Assembly: GCA_001600695.1 (NCBI GenBank)
Contig: BCKQ01000001.1
Coordinates: forward strand, 1,676,005 to 1,740,004
Reading direction: 5' to 3'
From: Ascoidea asiatica JCM 7603
Lineage: Eukaryota > Fungi > Ascomycota
DNA: 64,000 bases
A program made the translations under genes and the position numbers. The notes under the pieces are model-generated. The model was given only the letters and a program-made list of their open reading frames with translations, ran no database searches and was not told where the DNA came from. This document shows, in pieces, positions 22,072 through 33,251 of this stretch (positions are counted from its first letter, which is position 1; each line of letters starts with the position of its first letter).

Positions 22072-23668
22072 CTTTGAAAATATTATAACTTTTTTTTATT
22101 TCTTACTAAATGTTTATGATCAAGAATGTAAGTGATTAAGAATATGAATTAATTTGAATCTGATTTTGAATTTCTTGGATGACGATATAGAATACAGGAG
22201 AAATCACTTGAAAAAAAAAAAAGGTTAACAATACGTTTATTATCGATATTATTATAAAATTGATAAGTATGAATCAAAATCTATAAAATATAACTCTAAA
22301 ATATATTTAATTGATATTTAAATTATTTTTAATAGTATTGTACTGTACTTAGTAATAAAAGGTTAAAAGTATTGATATAATAAAGTATCGAATAAAATCA
22401 ATTTGATATCATTGAATCAATTAGTAATAGAGTTAATCTTATTAATTACAATAGTTTGAATATTATGGTGATTATTATAAAATTTTAGATACAAATATTC
22501 CAAATATTTTTGATATTAATTTTCATATTTATTATTAATATTTCAATATCGATAATTGTAGTGGTTGAATCGAAGCTGTAAAAGTAACAGTAATAATAAC
22601 AGTAGTTTAGATCTATGAGACTATTTTCAAGCTTTCTTCTTCTGCGCGCGCAAAACACTCACACAGCGTTTGCAGCAGCGCAGAAAGCTCAGTCGCGGGC
22701 CAAAAACCAATTGAAACTGGGGCTATCTGGGAAGCTTTGGGGCAGAAGTGGATCTGGTTTGGACCCGAACGAGGTTTCTCCTGGATTTTCACTGGAAACA
22801 GCCGAAAAGAGAACAAGAAAAATACAGGAAAACCACAGGAAGAAGCAGAAAAAAGAGATGGAGTCTGGGTGACCGGTACCCGAGTGAATAAACACACTCA
22901 GAAACGCAAACACAAACACCAACACGACGCAGATTCACAGCGGGAAGCTAGCCCTCAGGGACCGCTAGGGATTGGGAAAAAAAAAGACCCGCTGTGGGTT
23001 TTTCCCTTCCACTCACGGCTTGCCTGTTGATTATCGCCTGACCTTCGTGCTTGCGCTGAGTGGTCAGCAGAGAGACTGGTCTTACAATTTCCGTAAGCAA
23101 GCTCGGGTGCGCGGTCGGAGATAAACTTGTTAAATTCTCGGGTTCATCAAAAACAGTCCCGATAAATTAGCAAACTTGCCACAAAACAATCCCGCACTAA
23201 CAAATCAATTGTTTATGGTGGCGCATGCATATTTTTAGGATTTTTCCCAGTCTTAAAAATGTCAGCATAGTTCCATGCATTCTTATTGGCCAGTGGAAAC
23301 CCACTTTAACTGTACACCATAATTACTCGATATGGATACATTCAAAAAAAGGGTTCAATTTAGAGAATAAAATATATTTTTGTATAGAGTCTTGAATTGC
23401 CCCCATATTCTCAATTAATTTTCATTATTCAATTGATTGTTGGATATTTATAGTTTTTCTTTATGGTTTTTCTTTATAGTTTTCTAGATATTCTATTGAT
23501 ATACGTAGTTTTGTTTATATTCACTACATCACTTGCCGAATTTATTAAAGAATAATTGTGATTAAAGAATTCCGGGGCCACGAATTGACCCCTAGTAAAA
23601 AATATAGCTGGTGCTCTTTACTAGTAAAAATTTTTAAACTTAATAATTCAAATGAAAAAATTTTCTAT

Positions 23669-24802
23669 TCAGTGTTCTCTAACTATTTTAAGAAATTCTG
23701 TTCTTTCCCCGAGAACTTCATAAACTTCCATTATCCCCAATATATCATTTTTCGAATTTAAATCATTATCTTTAGAATCCGTTATAGCTTTAATTAAATA
23801 TTCATTCAAAAATGCTTTGTATTCAAATCTAAGAACATTGATTTTTTTGAACAACTTTTTAACAAGAGGAAAAGGTTCTTTGACATTAAATTTGGATTTA
23901 TCTGATGACATTGTAGAAGATGGTGAACTTTTCAATAAATCATTTAACGTTATTTTACTTAAGTCTGTAATATTGGTGTGAATATCATATGAGTCCAATG
24001 AAGGTAATGAAAATAAATCTTCGGTGTTATCAAAAACATTTTTACTTTCACCAGTGAAATTATTATAATCATCAAGCTCAATTTCATTCACAAATGATAA
24101 ATTATTCATTAATTGATGAATTGAGAGATAATAAGAGCACAATTCTTGTAATTGTTCGATTTGAAAAGCAGGACCTTCATTTAATTTTTCTTCAAAATTA
24201 TCTACCAAATCATTAAGTAAAATTAAATCAGAAATAAATTTCACCACGTTACTTATTTTTTTCTTTAAGATTAAGTTTTTATTGATATAATTATGTGAGT
24301 TTGAATAATCATTTAAATTTTTATTGATGAATTTTATATAGTCAATTAATGAAATTTTTAGATTATTGATAAGAGTATCAAAATCTTTATTTTTGTTGAT
24401 TAAATTTGTTAACTTTATAAAATCATTGTACAAATCATCATTAATTAAAGTAATCAAATCCTTATCTAAAGAAGTATTCAAAGTAGATAAATCATTGAAT
24501 AAATCATTTAAGGCATAAAATCGGCAATTTTTGTACAAAAACTCATCTGGACTAAAAGTATCCAATTGACTAATATTATCAATGCCTAACTTGCCTATAT
24601 TTTCTCCCTTTTTATTTTGATTATTGATCAATTCTTTCAAACCTTCATCAAAAGAATCTTTAGTCAATTTATGATGATTTGGAAATTCATCAGTTCCGTC
24701 TAAAACATCAAACAAATAGTTGTCCACATCCAAATTATCATTTAAAGAAAGTTTCTTTAATTCCTTTTCTATTGCAATATTTTCTTCGAATGCAGGTTCC
24801 AT
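23669..24802 (-). CDS. COG2: Conserved oligomeric Golgi complex subunit 2-like
   Basis: FSPDEFLYKNCRFYALNDLFNDL..LITLINDDLYNDFIKL matches the COG2 N-terminal domain; first ATG is at 24802 (the track start is TTG). Confidence 0.75.
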   Translation of the reverse strand: MEPAFEENIAIEKELKKLSLNDNLDVDNYLFDVLDGTDEFPNHHKLTKDSFDEGLKELINNQNKKGENIGKLGIDNISQLDTFSPDEFLYKNCRFYALNDLFNDLSTLNTSLDKDLITLINDDLYNDFIKLTNLINKNKDFDTLINNLKISLIDYIKFINKNLNDYSNSHNYINKNLILKKKISNVVKFISDLILLNDLVDNFEEKLNEGPAFQIEQLQELCSYYLSIHQLMNNLSFVNEIELDDYNNFTGESKNVFDNTEDLFSLPSLDSYDIHTNITDLSKITLNDLLKSSPSSTMSSDKSKFNVKEPFPLVKKLFKKINVLRFEYKAFLNEYLIKAITDSKDNDLNSKNDILGIMEVYEVLGERTEFLKIVREH

Positions 24803-25215
24803 TACCAATCAACAGAAGTCTTTTTCCTTATATAATATTTTACTTGATTTACTTGATCTTTTTTATCAGAGAAACTAGCGAGAAATACGTAATAACTTTT
24901 TTTGACGTTTAAGTTGTCTAAAACGACATCAACTCAAGTTTATCAAAGTAAAGTTGATCAGGTGACCTTTATATTTGATTAAAAACGGTGCTATTTAGTA
25001 TTTTTCCAGAAACCTTCTTTTCGTTGTATTTGAATGGAAGTGTAAACAAAAGGGATCAAGGAATTCAAATATCAAAATAAAGGTAATGAGTGTAAAGAAT
25101 TCAATTTATTTTAATCCTTTTAATATTATTTCTTTTATTTATTTTATTTATTTTATTTGAACGATAACTTCTGTGATATTTATTAGACTCCAAACTATTT
25201 CAATTTGATTTAGTG

Positions 25216-27887
25216 ATGAATTCAAACTTACTTTTCATACCTTTCAGAAAAACAGTTTCTATAGATTTTAAACAAATCTTAACAGATATTATCTCAGAAG
25301 AATATTTTCAAACTGCTGAAACATTTAAAGATGATATAAATTTATTCAATGATTTAAGAAATAAACTTGTTAATCCAAATATCTCTTTAGATGATATTAA
25401 TAATTTCAAAAAATATTTCATCAATTTAAATGCCTTAATTTTGAAATTTCCAATTGATTTATATGAATTTCCTTGGTATGGTACAATTTCTTATAATGTT
25501 TCTGGTCCTGTAAAAATCAAATCAATTCATTGGGAAATTATCAATATTCTTTATAATATTGCAAGTTTATATTCTCAATTAGCCATATCCCAATCAAGAA
25601 ATAATGAAGACTCAATTAAAAGATCGTGTGTTTATTTTCAATATTCTGCAGGATCTTTTCAAGCTTTACTCAACTATTCAATCAAATTCGAAGATAAATT
25701 AAATTTCAAATTACCTTTAGATTTACAGTTCGAGACTATAAATACTTTAAAATATTTAATGTTAGCTCAAGCTCAAGAAGCATTTTGGCAAAAGGCAATT
25801 GCAAATAATTTAAAAGATTCTCTTATCGCAAAATTATCTTTATCTGTAGCTGAATTTTATCAATCTTCTTTAGAGTTTGCAAGTAAATCCAGTTCAATAA
25901 AATCAGAATGGTTGGAACATATTTCTGCTAAAAATAATCATTTTTTAGCTGTTGTACAATTTAGACAATCAAAAGTCGCATGTTCTGAGTTAAAGTATGG
26001 TGAAGAAGTTGCACGATTGAATTATGCTTTACAAATTTCTGAAAATTCCTTAAAATATAAACATCTATCAAAACCGGTATTAAATGATTTGAATGGACTT
26101 ATTGACATTCTAAAAGAAACTGTCAGAACTGCTGAAAAAGATAATGATTTAATATATTTAAATCCAGTACCTGAATTCGATGAATTAAAACCAATAATAA
26201 AAGCAGATATGGTGAAATCTCTGGTAATTAATGAATTTCAAAATCCTTTATCTTACTTCGATCCAAAAAACTCAAATAATTCTAAATATGGTAAAATGTG
26301 CTTTTCTTCTTTATTACCATACACTATTATTCAACTTGCTCAATCATATAGAGAAAAACAGAATCGTTTTACTCAACAAAGATTAATTGATCCTTTGAAT
26401 GCTTTAAATAAATTATTAAACAGATTTCTTACAGAGAATAATCTTCCATATTCTGTTGATTCATTATTAAATCAAAATTCTATTGAGGAATTAGTTTTAC
26501 CAGACACTTTATTAGAAAATATTGAAGAGATGAAAAAATTAGGTGGCCTAGAAAAAGTTCAAAATACTTTCAATGATATTAAAAAATTAATATTACAATC
26601 AAATCATTTGATTGAAGGCTGTAAAGAAAGATTAACTATTGAAGAAAATGAAGATAATTATTTAAGGAAAAACTATGGAATAAAGTTTTGGAGAAGAGAA
26701 CCTTCTCAAAAGACATCAACTGAATATTGGAATAATATTCAAAATCTAGGAGAATATTTAGAACAAGCTAAAAACGGAGATGATGTAATTAATGTAAATT
26801 TTCATGAAATTGAAAATGATTTGAAAATTTTATTATATTTTAATGAAACTGAAATAAAAAAATATATAATCAAAATTCTTTCAAAATCTCCAGATAATAA
26901 TAGTAATAATAATACTTCTAAAATTGATTTTGAAACTTTAAGTTTAGCAAATAAATTAAAAGGTTATATAGAAGAACTTAAATTATTAGAAAAATCAAGA
27001 GCCAATTTTGTTGAAACAATTCAGTTGAAAAGTGAACAACTAAATATTTTACCTAAAATCATTCAAGAGTATAGACATATCCAAGAAAGTAATGATCTCA
27101 CAATTTTAAATAATATAGCATTAGGTTCAGTAGGTAATGATATTGAAAATGATGTTGTTCCAGAAAATGAACAATCAGAAATTCATATATTTGATCATGT
27201 CTATGAGAAGCATATTACTAATTTTGACAGTGATTTGAATTTTTTGCAGGAGCAAAGATCCAAGCAAAAAGAGATCGAGAATAAAATTTCAGTACGTATT
27301 TACTTTTTCATTGTTATTATTTGTCTATTATTTATTTATAATTGATTACTAACTCTATTTTTTTGAAAATAGAACATAAATGTTACATTCAAAAAGAGGT
27401 TAGACCTATATCAGAAATCTTCTGGGAAATTGAAAGATGCCATATTTTTGAGATTTCAAGCAATTTATACAAATTTTCTTGAATTGGTTGAAAATTTAAA
27501 AGATGGAGTAACATTTTATAATGAATTTATTGTTAATGGATCTAATCTTTTAAAAAAAATTGATGATTATGTTTATGAAAGACGATTAGAAGCTAGAAAA
27601 CTAGAAGCGTAAGTATAAAACTTTGAATTCTTTTGCTGAGAGGTAAATTAGATCATTTTACTAACTTATTTTTTATATAAAGACAAATTAATAATGAAAT
27701 CGAAGAACAAATGGAACAGGAAAGAGAAGAAGTATTTGTCGAGCAAGATAATAACCAAGGTTATTCCCCTGAAGTGAATAATACCTACCAAACACCAAGT
27801 CATAGAGCTCCTTCCACACCAGGTCCTAATAGTGTAAAAAGTAAAGGACAGCTTTGGAATCCAGACCAGAAAATTCGATTTGGTTGA
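25216..27887 (+). CDS. RIM20: pH-response regulator Rim20/PalA (BRO1 plus V domain); exons 25216-27291, 27373-27608 and 27683-27887
   Basis: BRO1 motifs (LYNIASLYSQLA, MLAQAQEAFWQKA, AEKDNDLIY). Introns GTACGT..TACTAAC..TAG and GTAAGT..TACTAAC..AAG join three ORF pieces and give the PalA-type end WNPDQKIRFG. Confidence 0.9.
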
Positions 27888-27997
27888 TTTTAGTTTAAGG
27901 AAAATGGAATCAACAAAAAAAATGTCCATCATGAGTTTTTATCTCTCTTTAATTTGGAAAAATAATATGATAGTTGTATGGTTTTATTGTTATGAAG

Positions 27998-29572
27998 TTA
28001 ATTGATTTTTTTTTTTAACCAATTTTCATATTCCAATTTTTTCTTTCCTCTATTCAAGGTACTTTTATGCTTTCTACTTTTAATATGTATTTTCCACTGA
28101 TCTAAGCCTACGACAGTTAAACTATATCCTTTTCCAGTTTTACAGACCTCACAAGTATATTGCTTCCAAGGCTGACTTTTTTTTTCTATAGTTTCCTTTT
28201 TTACAATTATTAAATCTTCTAAACCTAATGGGGCTTGAGGTAAACTTATTTGATTACTATTTAAAAACTTTTCGGTAATTTCAAAAGATCTTCTCGTTGC
28301 ATCTTGATCCCAAGTATTCAAATTGGAAGAATTGATTAGAAAAATTTTACCTCCTTTTTCAAAATTATGAATAGATTCTTTTTCTAAATCCACGCATAAA
28401 ATTTTTTTGATCCACTTAATTTGTTGACGAGAATATTTTCTTGTTCTTTGTTTCATTGCAGAAACTGATTCTTCGAATAATTTTTTTTCGACTTCTATTG
28501 AATATTCCGGGTTTGTTAGTTTCGTGTCTTTATATTTTAGCCAAGGTAAAAATTCTTTGAAACCAATAACTTGAAAAACACCATGTTGACATATACTTTT
28601 TATTTTTTCCACTTGATTATCTTCCACTGGAATAGTTTCCATTTGAGTGTTTTCTATTTGATTGTCCTCTATCTGACTAATTTCCTTATTTTCGTTCCTA
28701 TCTTTTTTTTCAATTAGCTTCTTATAAAAATCTTTATAAAAATCATATAAAGAATTAATTTCCTTTAAAGCTCCATTGCTTAACATATCATCTACTCTTA
28801 AATCTAATCTTTGATCTAAGATTGTTTGATTCGAATAAACCCAAAAAAAGATGGTATTGAATTTCAAAGAAGAATTCAAATTATTTAAATTTTTTTGATT
28901 TTCATAAAAAATGCTTGTTTTCTGATTCGTTAAGAAAAATATTTCTAAAGCTCTTTTCACTCTTCTTATATCATTGGGATGAAATTTTTCAGATAAAATG
29001 GGATCTTTTTTTTTTAATGTTTGAAAAATTAAGTTCGAATCATTTGAGTTTAAAATTTTTCTTTCTTCAATTGTTAATCTTGGATCATTATAAGTGTTAT
29101 TCGATTTATTTGTATTATCTTCTATAAATGAATCAGAATTGTTACTATTGTTATCATTACTATTGGTTGAAATTGTTTTATTATTGAATAATATTGAGTT
29201 TAAATAATAATGAGTACCACCAACAATAATTGGGATTTTATTTGAATTATGAATTTCATTAATTTTTTCATTTGCTTCTTTTTTGAATCTATGTATAAAA
29301 TATTCTTCATTCCAATTTATATGATTCATTACATGATGATTAATATTTTCTCTTTCGTTAATTGGATGCTTATTTGTTATTAAATCTAAATCTTTATACA
29401 TTTGCATTGAATCAGCATTTATGATTTCTCCATTAAATTTTTTAGCTAATTCTATTGATAATTTTGATTTACCAACCCCTGTTGTTCCAACAATCACAAT
29501 CACATTTTTGAAAGGATTATTCATTCTTAGTAAATTCGAGTTTTTAATATAATTCTTGACATAACTGAACAT
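27998..29572 (-). CDS. MOD5: tRNA dimethylallyltransferase
   Basis: GTTGVGKS, INADSMQMY, VGGTHYY, FQVIGFKEF, C-terminal C2H2-like zinc finger; first true ATG at 29572, second at 29524. Confidence 0.95.
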   Translation of the reverse strand: MFSYVKNYIKNSNLLRMNNPFKNVIVIVGTTGVGKSKLSIELAKKFNGEIINADSMQMYKDLDLITNKHPINERENINHHVMNHINWNEEYFIHRFKKEANEKINEIHNSNKIPIIVGGTHYYLNSILFNNKTISTNSNDNNSNNSDSFIEDNTNKSNNTYNDPRLTIEERKILNSNDSNLIFQTLKKKDPILSEKFHPNDIRRVKRALEIFFLTNQKTSIFYENQKNLNNLNSSLKFNTIFFWVYSNQTILDQRLDLRVDDMLSNGALKEINSLYDFYKDFYKKLIEKKDRNENKEISQIEDNQIENTQMETIPVEDNQVEKIKSICQHGVFQVIGFKEFLPWLKYKDTKLTNPEYSIEVEKKLFEESVSAMKQRTRKYSRQQIKWIKKILCVDLEKESIHNFEKGGKIFLINSSNLNTWDQDATRRSFEITEKFLNSNQISLPQAPLGLEDLIIVKKETIEKKSQPWKQYTCEVCKTGKGYSLTVVGLDQWKIHIKSRKHKSTLNRGKKKLEYENWLKKKIN

Positions 29573-30096
29573 GTACAATATTATTTACTTCAAGCCTTAA
29601 ATTCTTTGTCTTTTATATTTTTTTTTCTTAAATTTATTAAAAGTTTTTAAGAATATTAAGAATATTAAGAATATTTAAGATTTTTTCAATGAAATTTTCA
29701 AAATCACATCCGTATAATTAAAAGTCCAAGACATGGATCCGGAACTTTCAAATCCGCACTGGTTAACTAAACGAGCTAAACGAAACCAAATTTTGATTTA
29801 TCAGTTTAGGCAAAGTTTTGCAGATAAGTTTATTTTGACAGACCACAATTTGAACAGGCAAATTTTATACAAAAGTTGAATTGAAATGAAATATTCTATT
29901 AAATGATGTGAAGAGAAAATAAAAAAAATTATAAAGAAATGAATTGAAGCTAAAAAGAAATAAAACTATCTATATTTATTATCAAGTTTTAAATTTATGG
30001 AAGGGAACAAAATAAATTTCGGAACTGAAGAGAAAATAATTTAAATTAAAAATTGAAATACTTCATGTATAAAAAAGGAATATATTTTGTGAATTT

Positions 30097-30363
30097 TTAT
30101 ATACTGGCATAAACAGCTTGACAGAAATCATCTAAAAAATCATTTACTTCTAGTAGGGTCTCACATTCTTGTAGAAAATAATAGTCTCCATTACCATTTT
30201 CATTAGTATTTCTAAGATCACTTGAACTTACTTCATGATCAATAATTTCACTATTTATATTATTGGAATTATTGTTTTCTATGAATGAATCTAAGAAAGA
30301 TGTTAGAAAATTTGAATCTGAAGTATTTTGGGTACTAGTAGAACCTGAATTGAAAGAAGACAT
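30097..30363 (-). CDS. Small acidic protein of unknown function (88 aa)
   Basis: ATG in AATAAAATG context, upstream TATA-like elements (about 30535 and 30615), own GC-rich upstream region, amphipathic C-terminus ETLLEVNDFLDDFCQAVYASI. Confidence 0.5.
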   Translation of the reverse strand: MSSFNSGSTSTQNTSDSNFLTSFLDSFIENNNSNNINSEIIDHEVSSSDLRNTNENGNGDYYFLQECETLLEVNDFLDDFCQAVYASI

Positions 30364-31415
30364 TTTATTTGAAAGAGTGTGTATTTTGATGTGTAAGTGC
30401 TTATGCAATTATAATTTTGATTTATACAATCGGTATATTTGTCGATTATGTGTGTGAATATTCTTTTTTTATTTCTTCATCTTAAATTTTTTCTTTAAAA
30501 TTATTCAAATTCAAAATGGAAAAAAAAGACTTTATATGGCTTTGAGAAATTTGGCATATTTTTTTCAAATAATTCTGTAAAAGAGGACTTTCTTCAATTT
30601 TGAATGCATTTTATAAATACTTAGTAATAACAGATGATATTTGATTGTATTATCACTTACATGATTATTGCTTTTGTTATTGTATTTAATCTTTTGTTAT
30701 TGTTTGATGTCAGGGAATAAACCCTTAAGAGAATAACGTAATCATGTCCCACCAAAGAACCCAAAATACAGCCAATGAGCATCATCATCTGTTCTTGTTG
30801 AGCTTATTTCACTTTTCTTAGGCAGTTTTCCTTTTCAGGCTTTCCACTTTTTCTTGCTTTTTGAAAAAGCTTTGTTGTTTTTGTTATTATTTCTCCTGGC
30901 TATTAGGATGTTTCTTTATTTACCCCAGATTCCAACCGGAAAAGAAAACTGGTAACGCCATAAAAACATCACTATCTCATTACGTTTTCCCGGGATTGCT
31001 TTCTGAACCCGTGAAAAACAAAGAAGGACTCCGGAGGGTCATGAGACTCACCCGAGTCGAAAACACGAATTGGACCTCAAAACAGATTCGAATTCCGGGC
31101 TTCTTCAACACAACAATCTCTTAATAGCATAATGCATAAGAAACCAATAGATATTTGCCATAATTATCTCAAAATAAAATGGGAGCTAAATAAATTGGAT
31201 TTTTTTACAAGGTCGAGTAAAAATATTGATAGAAGATTGATATTCATGGAATATTTAACTGAAGAAAAAAAAAATTATTTATTATTAAAAATATAAAATG
31301 AAATAGAAAGTACTAAAAAGAAAAAGAAAATTTAAAAAATAAAAAAAAGTAGCATTAATGAGAAATAGAAAATTGATAAAATTCTGAAAATTATAAGATT
31401 GTTTTGTTTTAAACT

Positions 31416-31774
31416 TTAAAAAGAGTCATCATAACCAAGATCTTCAAGAGATGGGGATCTCTTTCTAACCAGATTGTTTTCACTTGAATTCTCATTTTCA
31501 GAACTAGAAAGAGAGGAAGTAGCAGAAGCAAAAGAATCGGTCAACTCCATTGGAGTTTCATTTTTTTGAGATTCCATAGCAGACAATATTGGTGATGATA
31601 TAGGTGTCATTTCTTCATCATCTGTTTCATTAATATCTTTAGTATTATTACCTTCATTTTTATTTATATCATTGACTTCAGAAGAATTTGAAAATTTGTA
31701 AAATGGTATATTATTAATATCCTCTTCAATTTCTGGTTCTAATTCTTCTTTTGTTTTTTGTTCTTTTTTATTAC

Positions 31775-31813
<39 letters not shown>

Positions 31814-32507
31814 CATTGTTAATTCTATTTTCTGGATGAATTGTATTAATATTAACAGGGGTATGCTTATCATTATTAGAAAAATTGATTTTGATTCTTC
31901 TAATTGAATTTGATTCTTTCTTAAATTTTGGAATAGTTAAGATTAATTCATTGATTTTATTATTATTATTAGTTTTATAATTAATTTTATTTTCATCAAC
32001 TGAATAATATTGAAATCTTTTGAAAAGATTGTCTTTTTCAGATCTTACACTGATTACACAATTATTATTTTCTTTATTTTTAACAATTTCAATTTCCCAA
32101 TCTTTGAATGAATTTTTATTTTTATTTTTATTATTTTCATCATTATTGAAGTTTTTAGAATTTATTTTAACATAACCATATGGATAAACGTAAGCATATG
32201 AAGGATTAGTTTCAGAATCAGTATTTGATTTTTTAAAAAATTGAATAGTATATTCATTTTCATTTTCATTTTTCTTGATGTATATTTGATTAGATTCTTC
32301 AACTGAATTTGAATTAAACTTATTTTCTTTTCTTATTCTTCTTGAGTTAGGACAATTGAAATTATTTTCATTATTTAAAAGCGTCATAAGATCATTATTA
32401 AGAAAACCATTAGAATTATTTCTTGGATTATTATGATAATTTCTTTTATTGATATATGTGTTATATCCATCAAATGGATCACTGAAAATATTGTTAATTG
32501 AAAGCAT
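31416..32507 (-). CDS. BTN2: Btn2/Cur1-like heat-induced aggregase (sHSP-like)
   Basis: YTIQFFKK..PSY..FKDWEIE..ISVRSEKDNLFKRF and terminal RSPSLED resemble Btn2; three perfect HSEs upstream. Confidence 0.75.
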
Positions 32508-32870
32508 TGTAAAAATTGATTTGAATTTAATTTGATTTATGAGTTAAGTTAATTGAGATTTTTATTTGTTATTATTATTTAATTTCTTTGATTGATAATT
32601 ATATTGATGAATAAAAAAATTAAAAATTGATAAATTATTTTGAAACAAAGAAAACATGTTGAATTTATATTAATAAAATTTCCTTCTTTAACCTATATAA
32701 CCATATTCATTTGAATTAATAATCATACTATTACTTTTAATCATCTATTTCTTAAGTTGATTTAAAATGAAAGATCATATCAATCATAACTTTATTTTCA
32801 GCCTTATGATTATATTTTGATAGATAAAACATTAAAGTAATGACAAAGATTATTAATGTTTTCTTTTCGC

Positions 32871-33036
32871 TTCCAGAAACTTCGAGAAGTGGAAGCACAT
32901 AGAATCGAATGGAAAAATTCCTCTATTATCGGGAATTTATATCCCATTAGTGAAGGTTAATTGGAACATTCTAGAAACTTTCAAATACACCACATACTTA
33001 ATGTCCGGTTAATGTTAGCAATAGAATCTTCCAGAA
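32871..33036. promoter_or_regulatory. Three perfect heat-shock elements (Hsf1 sites)
   Basis: TTCcaGAAacTTCgaGAA (32871-32888), GAAcaTTCtaGAA (32964-32976), GAAtcTTCcaGAA (33024-33036). Confidence 0.85.
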
Positions 33037-33251
33037 AATATCACCCTCCTTACCTGCATAATCTAGAATACTATCCTCATATCAGGATTATAATGTTACA
33101 AAGCTTTGGAAGCTATTCAGGAAAGGGTTTTCAGGGTCCTCTTCTCGTAATTGATATGTTTTTAGTTAAAATATTTTCTTGAATTCTTTATTATTTCTAT
33201 TGGCTAACTATTTAAGCTTTTTCACTATATATTCATACACAACTTAATTTA

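Noticed and set aside
27430-27932. Separate small ORFs after RIM20
   Set aside because: Explained as RIM20 exon 2 and the antisense of exon 3
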